Source: Saprospiraceae bacterium
Lineage (GTDB): Bacteria > Bacteroidota > Bacteroidia > Chitinophagales > Saprospiraceae
Reading direction: 5' to 3'
NCBI GenBank assembly: GCA_045106825.1
Contig: JBGCFH010000036.1
Span: forward strand, 23,353-87,352
Length of the DNA: 64,000 nt
Positions 58,140-64,000 of this stretch are shown here, piece by piece (within the stretch, counting starts at the first letter, position 1; each line of letters opens with the position of its first letter). Below the pieces are notes generated by a model. The model saw only the letters and a program-made list of their open reading frames with translations. It did not search any database and was not told the origin of the DNA. The translations under genes were made by a program, and so were the position numbers.

Positions 58140-59049
58140 TTAAACAAATTTTTAAAACCTTCAAACCATCTTCAAGAGAGTTAGAAGATTCCAGTAAGTT
58201 ATTTTTTACTAATTCCATAAAATACTTCATTTGAGGGGTATATGTATCTCTTAAACCAGTTACACCTTCAAATAAGGTTTTTCCATGATGATTAGTTACT
58301 TTATTTTTGAAAAGATCAACTATTACTGTTTCGTCTTGAAAAATAAGTTCTAAGGTTCTTTTGTAATCTCTTCTGTAATAATTCAACCTAATATTTAGCA
58401 TAAAACGATTATACTCCATTATATATATAGCTGAGTCTATTGCACGAATATCTAAAGATGACTTAGATGTAAATTTAGATAGGACTTCATCAGGTTTGCC
58501 AAACAACCAATAAGTATAATCAATCTCATGAATTAAATCTAAATGAACTCCTCCTCCTAACTCTGGAATAGCACTATATACCTTTCTAAAATCTTGATTA
58601 GGTCTCCAATCAGGAAGATAAGAACCTGCATAAACATTTACTTCATTAAGTTGGTCTTTTTTATCTCGTAAATAGCTACTCACGAAGTTTAGGCTATCTA
58701 AAAATCTTAGATTACAAGCAACATAAGTTAATGTGTCTTTTAGTTGTGACAATAATAAATTACTCTTATCCAGAGAACTCAATACTGGTTTTTCAATAAA
58801 AAGAGGAATATTATACTGACTAACTTGTTCCAATGTATTGTAATGTTCAGAAGTAGGATTACTGATAAGTATAAAGTCAGGAGAAACTTTAGGAATATCT
58901 TCGAAACTATATAAGTTAGTTACGTTTTCGTAAGAACCACTATTCTCTGAAGAACGCAAAGCATATATTTCTGTATTTTCATCTATTTCTAAAATAGCTT
59001 TTATATGCTTTTTTGCAATTGATCCCAATCCTATTATAACTACTCTCAT
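58132..59049 (-). CDS. Gfo/Idh/MocA-family oxidoreductase (PtmF-like)
   Basis: N-terminal Rossmann MRVVIIGLGSIAKKHI and the EKP motif FIEKPV. Confidence 0.7.
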   Translation of the reverse strand: MRVVIIGLGSIAKKHIKAILEIDENTEIYALRSSENSGSYENVTNLYSFEDIPKVSPDFILISNPTSEHYNTLEQVSQYNIPLFIEKPVLSSLDKSNLLLSQLKDTLTYVACNLRFLDSLNFVSSYLRDKKDQLNEVNVYAGSYLPDWRPNQDFRKVYSAIPELGGGVHLDLIHEIDYTYWLFGKPDEVLSKFTSKSSLDIRAIDSAIYIMEYNRFMLNIRLNYYRRDYKRTLELIFQDETVIVDLFKNKVTNHHGKTLFEGVTGLRDTYTPQMKYFMELVKNNLLESSNSLEDGLKVLKICLNE

Positions 59050-59783
59050 GAAAAATTAAAACCTAATTTTTGTTCTCTAATCAAATATTCCATAACATGA
59101 AAGTCTAACTCATAATCAATATCAAAGCAAATGTGAGACATCAAATAAGCTAAACTTTTATCCGTAATAGCACTCTTATAGTTTAAGTCAAAAAAACGTC
59201 TTCTATAAATATAAAAAGAAGCATTCATATCATATACTTTGGGAGCAGATTGTCTTGATAAAATATTTTTATCAAGAGATTTTACTAATCCTACATATCC
59301 ATCTTTTTTCTCCTCTACCATATTAAAATAAGGATTACGGTGTGGTTCACTAACGGAAAAAAGATTCATAGCATCCTTATCGTTTTCCATCATAGATAGA
59401 CTTTCCTTAATATCACTTACAGTCCTTAAAGGTGCTGTAACATCCATATCCAAAATAAAATCAAACTTAATGGTTTTCTCATTTTCATAAAAAAATAAAG
59501 CATCTTTGATTGCATCAACTTTACCTGCTTTATCGGTAGCAAATTTATTTGGTCTTTTATAAGAAGAATTTAAACCAAAACTTTCTGCAACCCTTTTAAT
59601 CTTTTCTGAATCCGTAGAAAGTGCTATTTCTGTAACAAATGAACTGGAAAGTATTTCTTTTACCTCATAAGCTTTTTCAATAGTATAACCAATTAACGGC
59701 TTACCATTTATAGGTTTTATATTTTTATCAGGAACACTTTTAGAACCACCTCTCGCACATATTGTAATTAATAAATTCTTCAT
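59046..59783 (-). CDS. CMP-nonulosonic acid synthetase (acylneuraminate cytidylyltransferase family, LegF/PtmB-like)
   Basis: ICARGGSKSVPDKNIKPINGKPLIGYTI is the CTP_transf_3 signature. Confidence 0.85.
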   Translation of the reverse strand: MKNLLITICARGGSKSVPDKNIKPINGKPLIGYTIEKAYEVKEILSSSFVTEIALSTDSEKIKRVAESFGLNSSYKRPNKFATDKAGKVDAIKDALFFYENEKTIKFDFILDMDVTAPLRTVSDIKESLSMMENDKDAMNLFSVSEPHRNPYFNMVEEKKDGYVGLVKSLDKNILSRQSAPKVYDMNASFYIYRRRFFDLNYKSAITDKSLAYLMSHICFDIDYELDFHVMEYLIREQKLGFNFS

Positions 59784-60860
59784 CTAAAATTTTATATGTT
59801 TAATATCTTTTTGAGCTTTTTCAAAATCATGTGGCTTTCCTATATCCAACCAATAATCTAATATAGGATAATGTACCACTTTTTTACTACTTGAATATAA
59901 AGCCTCCATCAAATCTGTGGCATTGAAATGTTCTTCTTTAGGAATCAAATCAATATATTCTTTTTTAAAGATATAAATACCTGCATTAGAGTAATAAGTA
60001 TAAGTTGGTTTTTCTTTTAGAGCAACTATCCTATCACCTTCAGTTTCAATCACACCATAAGGAATTTGTACTTCATACGGAGTTGTTGCAACAATCATAT
60101 CTCCATCTTTCTCTAACAAGTCTTTAAACATATCTTCATAAGAAATATTAGTAAGCAAGTCAGAGTTCATTACTAAAATGTAATCATTATGAAACTGTTT
60201 AATTAAACTTACAGCACCTATTGTTCCCAAAGGTTCATTCTCTTCTATATAACCAATGTTCAAATCTCTCTCAGCACCGTCACCAAAATAGTCTATTAAT
60301 TGTTGTCCTAAGTATTTGATAGTCATTGTAATATTGCGAATACCAAAATCTTTAAGTCGATCAATGTTATATTCTACAATTGGTTTATTTCCGACTTTAA
60401 GTAAAGGCTTAGGAGTATCTAAAGTTAAAGGTCGAAGCCTTGTTCCTTTACCACCTGCCATTATAACTGCATCAATTGGTAAATAAGATTTTTGTAATCG
60501 AAAGTTAACAATATCTATAACCCTATCTTTTTCATCTAACACAGGAATAACTTTGTAATTCTCAGTTCGCCATTCTTGCATTTGGAGTAAATCAAATTCT
60601 CCTTTTCTGAAAAACTTAGGATGAGACTGAATAAATTTTGTAATTTCATCTTCTAAACCCAAGCCTCTAATCAGACCTCTACGAATGTCTCCGTCTGTTA
60701 AAGAACCAATTAATTTATCATCTTCATCTATTATAAATAGAATAGCATTAGATGCTAACTTATCCAAACGTGTTAGTACATCCCGAACACTACATTCAGT
60801 AGTTATTAAATGTTGTTGTATTGATTTCACCTTAAATAAATTTTTGTGGATTTCCCACAA
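59784..60860 (-). CDS. CBS-domain sugar-phosphate nucleotidyltransferase (PtmE-like)
   Basis: N-terminal CBS pair (ILFIIDEDDKLIGSLTDGDIRRGLI; KVIPVLDEKDRVIDIVN) fused to the NTP-transferase motif AVIMAGGKGTRLRPLTLDTPKPLL. Confidence 0.85.
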   Translation of the reverse strand: MWEIHKNLFKVKSIQQHLITTECSVRDVLTRLDKLASNAILFIIDEDDKLIGSLTDGDIRRGLIRGLGLEDEITKFIQSHPKFFRKGEFDLLQMQEWRTENYKVIPVLDEKDRVIDIVNFRLQKSYLPIDAVIMAGGKGTRLRPLTLDTPKPLLKVGNKPIVEYNIDRLKDFGIRNITMTIKYLGQQLIDYFGDGAERDLNIGYIEENEPLGTIGAVSLIKQFHNDYILVMNSDLLTNISYEDMFKDLLEKDGDMIVATTPYEVQIPYGVIETEGDRIVALKEKPTYTYYSNAGIYIFKKEYIDLIPKEEHFNATDLMEALYSSSKKVVHYPILDYWLDIGKPHDFEKAQKDIKHIKF

Positions 60861-61461
60861 CTTTAGAATTACTTGGAATATCTTTTATTATAACTGTTCC
60901 TGCTCCAATTATTACATTATCACCAATTGTTACACCTTGTTTTATTACTGCTCTTGCTCCTATAAAGGTTTGGCGTCCTACCTTTACATTGCCACATAAA
61001 ATTGCTCCAGGAGCAATATGACTAAAAGCTCCAATTTTACTTTCATGTTCTACTACAGATTGTGTATTACAAATCACACCGTCTGCTAATTCTACACAAG
61101 CATTTACAATAGCCCCATCTCCTACCATAATACCTTTACCTAAAACAACTGTTGATGATATGGAAGCGGAATTATGAATAGCATTAATTGGCATTTTATT
61201 AAGTCTTGCTTTAATTTTCTGGGTTATAATACTACGAACTATATTACTACCTATTGCTACAAAGTAATCTGTTTCCTTAAGCAATTCTAAGTTCTTTTTA
61301 TCATTCTCATTGCCAAAGTATGCTAACTCATATGGATTCCGGATTTTTTGTACATTTTCGAAATAACCTTTTATTTCTATATTCTTGGAAAGAAATATAT
61401 CGCATATTACAAAAGAATGTCCCGAATATCCAATCAAGAAAACTGCCTTACTATTTATCAT
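60832..61461 (-). CDS. NeuD/PglB-family sugar N-acetyltransferase (LegH-like)
   Basis: N-terminal Rossmann-like FLIGYSGHSFVICDI plus left-handed beta-helix hexapeptide repeats (IGDNVIIGAGTVI). Confidence 0.8.
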   Translation of the reverse strand: MINSKAVFLIGYSGHSFVICDIFLSKNIEIKGYFENVQKIRNPYELAYFGNENDKKNLELLKETDYFVAIGSNIVRSIITQKIKARLNKMPINAIHNSASISSTVVLGKGIMVGDGAIVNACVELADGVICNTQSVVEHESKIGAFSHIAPGAILCGNVKVGRQTFIGARAVIKQGVTIGDNVIIGAGTVIIKDIPSNSKVVGNPQKFI

Positions 61462-62560
61462 TCATGTCCTTTAAAGCTTTTATAATCTTATTACTGCTAT
61501 TTTCTATGTAATAAACATTTTCTCCTTTGTAGTCTGATTTTATTTTTTGAACACTTTCTAATATTTTCACCATATCAACCTCTACATCTATTACGTTTTC
61601 ACTCCTTGCCCTACCTTTCTGTCTGTCTCCTATGTTTATTACATATTTTCCCAACGAAGCAGCCTCAATAATTCCACTCGAAGTATTTCCTAAAAGAAAG
61701 GAGCAATATTTTATACATGAAAAATATCCCAGTGAGCCAAAATTTTCAACACATACAATTTTAGAATTCTTTTTAGAAAGCTCTACAAAATAATTTCTTA
61801 TCATACTACCCATGGTATCTGCGTTGGGCATTGTTATCACTATTTGATAATCTTTGGATAATTTTTCAAAAGTATCTACAAGTATTTTAGTATAAGTTTC
61901 GTTCTTTTCAATAGATACAGTTTCAGGATGAAATGTTGTCAATATTGTAGGTATAGATATATCAATATTAAACTGCTTTTGAAATGCTATCTTGGATAAG
62001 AGTTGAAAATTATCTAAGTTTTCTATACTTAATGCTCCTACATTAAAAATATAATGTTCTTGCCCTATTAAGCGCTTTATTTTTTCACAGTAACTTTCAG
62101 TAGCAGCAAAATGTATTGATGACATCAATGTAATAGCATGACGAAATTTATTATCAATTGCCCCAAGAGTTGTTTCCCCACCATGTAAATGAGCTATTTG
62201 AATATTAAAAGGAATAGATGCTGTTACTGCTGCGAACATTTCATATCTATCACCTAATGCAAAAACTAAGTCAACTTGATTTTTTAATTTTTCCCATATA
62301 GCAGCAAATCTTGATACCGTGTTACCAATAGCATTAGAAATAGCAGTTTCAGAATCTCCAAGGATAAGGGTTTCTAATTTTTCTACAATCTCAAATCCAT
62401 CTTGTTCTATTCGCTCTACAGTATATCCGTGAAATCTTGAAAGATGTGTACCAAAAGCGATTATTTTCAAATCAAAAAAATTATCCGCTTTTAATTTTTT
62501 TAATAATGGAAGATAAATACCATAATCAGCACGCGAACTTGTTAAGACAACTATTCTCAT
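61451..62560 (-). CDS. neuC: UDP/GDP-N-acetylhexosamine 2-epimerase, hydrolysing (NeuC family, LegG-like)
   Basis: MRIVVLTSSRADYGIYLPLLKKL and HLHGGE are typical of hydrolysing 2-epimerases. Confidence 0.85.
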   Translation of the reverse strand: MRIVVLTSSRADYGIYLPLLKKLKADNFFDLKIIAFGTHLSRFHGYTVERIEQDGFEIVEKLETLILGDSETAISNAIGNTVSRFAAIWEKLKNQVDLVFALGDRYEMFAAVTASIPFNIQIAHLHGGETTLGAIDNKFRHAITLMSSIHFAATESYCEKIKRLIGQEHYIFNVGALSIENLDNFQLLSKIAFQKQFNIDISIPTILTTFHPETVSIEKNETYTKILVDTFEKLSKDYQIVITMPNADTMGSMIRNYFVELSKKNSKIVCVENFGSLGYFSCIKYCSFLLGNTSSGIIEAASLGKYVINIGDRQKGRARSENVIDVEVDMVKILESVQKIKSDYKGENVYYIENSSNKIIKALKDMNDK

Positions 62561-63576
62561 TATTGAAAATCTTGAAAAGTTATTAAGGTATCTTCACTCA
62601 ATTTTTTAGTCAATTTTCTACCAATGACTGAAAGAACATCCATCGGTGATATACCATTACCAGGACGCTTCATTAATAAATCCTCTTGACGTAAGACATG
62701 TCCTTTTGTGAGGTTATTTGCAGTATGTATGCTTTTTCGAGCAATTTCGATATTTTTCTTTTCAGATTTTGAAGGTTTTTTAATCCCATTCCCCAATGCC
62801 TTTTCAATATTACGAATAGATCGAACCATTTCTTTCAATTCATTAGGTTCAAGAGAAGCACGATGGTCTGGTCCTTCCATATTTCTATCTAATGTAAAAT
62901 GTTTTTCGATACAAATAGCACCTCTCGCTACTGCTGCTATAGCTACCTCAATTCCTAAAGTATGATCAGAATAACCTATATCAACCTTGAATGTCTCCCC
63001 TATAGTATTCATTGCACTAAGATTGACATCTCCTATTGGAGTAGGGTATTCTGTATTACAATGTAATACAGTCACATTATTTCTATCAATACCATTTTCG
63101 TACAAAACATCTAAGGCATCTTCTATTTCTCCAATATCTGCCATTCCTGTAGAAAGGATAATTGGTTTATTTTTAGATGCTATTTTTTCTATAAAGGGTT
63201 TATTTGTTATTTCTCCAGAAGGAATCTTATATAAATCAATCCCCAAATTCTCTAATAAATCTACACTTTCATGGTCGAATGCTGTAGAAAGAAATTTAAT
63301 TCCTTTTTGATTACAATATTTTATTAGAATATTATGTTTTTCTTCATCTAATTCTAACTTCTTAATCATGGCATATTGGCTATTATCATCACCAGTATTT
63401 TCGACTTGATAAGCAGCTTTTTTTGCAGATTTACTTACTAACTTTTCTGCTTTAAATGTTTGAAATTTAACATAATCTACTCCAGCATCAGTAGCTACAT
63501 CTATCAGTTTTTTAGCGATTTCAAGACTACCATTATGGTTCACACCTGCCTCTGCTATAATTAAAGTTTTTCTCAT
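62560..63576 (-). CDS. neuB: Nonulosonic acid synthase (NeuB family, LegI-like)
   Basis: IIAEAGVNHNGSLEIAKKLID, YVKFQTF and STGMA, plus a C-terminal SAF-like domain (HVLRQEDLLMKRPGNGISP). Confidence 0.9.
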   Translation of the reverse strand: MRKTLIIAEAGVNHNGSLEIAKKLIDVATDAGVDYVKFQTFKAEKLVSKSAKKAAYQVENTGDDNSQYAMIKKLELDEEKHNILIKYCNQKGIKFLSTAFDHESVDLLENLGIDLYKIPSGEITNKPFIEKIASKNKPIILSTGMADIGEIEDALDVLYENGIDRNNVTVLHCNTEYPTPIGDVNLSAMNTIGETFKVDIGYSDHTLGIEVAIAAVARGAICIEKHFTLDRNMEGPDHRASLEPNELKEMVRSIRNIEKALGNGIKKPSKSEKKNIEIARKSIHTANNLTKGHVLRQEDLLMKRPGNGISPMDVLSVIGRKLTKKLSEDTLITFQDFQ

Positions 63577-64000
63577 ACCTTCACACTACTTGGAATATTA
63601 ACAATTGTATCTTCTAAAGCATTTGATACAGATAAATTACCTTTAGGGCAGTTTTTGAACATGTCTAATTTATTCATCAACTTCCATATAGGTCGTGTCA
63701 TTATACCGTTATCATTAGAGTATTCTAAAAAATTATTTCTTTCATCTTTTGATGAAAAGCGAATTGCATTCAACCAATAATTAGAAAAACTATTTTCTAA
63801 TTCTTTTAGAGAATTTATACCTTCTAATTTTTCAAAAAACTGATGATATTTTTTTGCTGTTTCTCGCTTATTTTGAATGTAACTATCTAACTGTTCCAAC
63901 TGAGCACAAGCTAAAGCTGCATTTAAATTAGGCATCCGATAATTATAGCCAATTTCATCGTGAGCATATTCCCATCGATGCGGAATTTTAGCCGTAGTTG
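63573..64000 (-). CDS. DegT/DnrJ/EryC1-family sugar aminotransferase, C-terminal part (LegC-like); CDS continues beyond the right edge
   Basis: The frame stays open upstream of the track ORF: ..TAKIPHRWEYAHDEIGYNYRMPNLNAALACAQLEQLD.., which is the conserved GYNYRM.N..AA.G..QL block of this family. Confidence 0.85.
   Translation of the reverse strand, partial: TTAKIPHRWEYAHDEIGYNYRMPNLNAALACAQLEQLDSYIQNKRETAKKYHQFFEKLEGINSLKELENSFSNYWLNAIRFSSKDERNNFLEYSNDNGIMTRPIWKLMNKLDMFKNCPKGNLSVSNALEDTIVNIPSSVKV

Noticed and set aside
1-64000. Scan for CRISPR arrays, rRNA/tRNA genes, transposases, integrases and phage genes.
   Set aside because: No regularly spaced direct repeats, no rRNA- or tRNA-like GC-rich structured segments, and no ORFs with DDE, tyrosine-recombinase or serine-recombinase signatures were seen. 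The glycan locus shows no recognisable mobility genes within this window.

Overview
Low-GC window that looks like a Bacteroidota (Flavobacteriia-like) chromosome. This is suggested by type IX secretion (T9SS) C-terminal sorting domains, a CarboxypepD_reg-type TonB-dependent receptor, TAnnTTTG-type promoter boxes and the absence of Shine-Dalgarno sites. The left 25 kb holds mostly housekeeping and envelope genes: an OmpA/SPOR protein, a dynamin-like GTPase, a TonB-dependent receptor, gcvP, clpC and a STAS protein. This part also holds a small two-gene restriction-modification module and two T9SS cargo proteins, one of them a 1669-aa gingipain-like C25 peptidase. From about 25.8 kb to the right edge the window is one very large surface-glycan locus of at least 38 kb. 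A plus-strand module (25811-34294) is built around a Wzm/Wzt ABC exporter. It converges on a nearly gapless minus-strand gene train (64000 down to 34350) that encodes Wzx and Wzy-like proteins, a WecA-type initiating transferase, GDP-L-fucose synthesis (gmd, fcl) and a legionaminic-acid-type nonulosonic acid pathway. Together the two modules carry about nine glycosyltransferases, three intact methyltransferases plus one frameshifted one, a beta-helix lipoprotein, a Wzi-like outer-membrane barrel and seven separate sulfotransferase genes. The most interesting signal is this predicted densely sulfated, fucose- and nonulosonic-acid-containing polysaccharide system, which has two export routes. 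No rRNA, tRNA, CRISPR array, transposase or integrase was seen. Several structured intergenic repeats are also reported. All product calls come from reading motifs by eye. No database search or numerical computation was possible.
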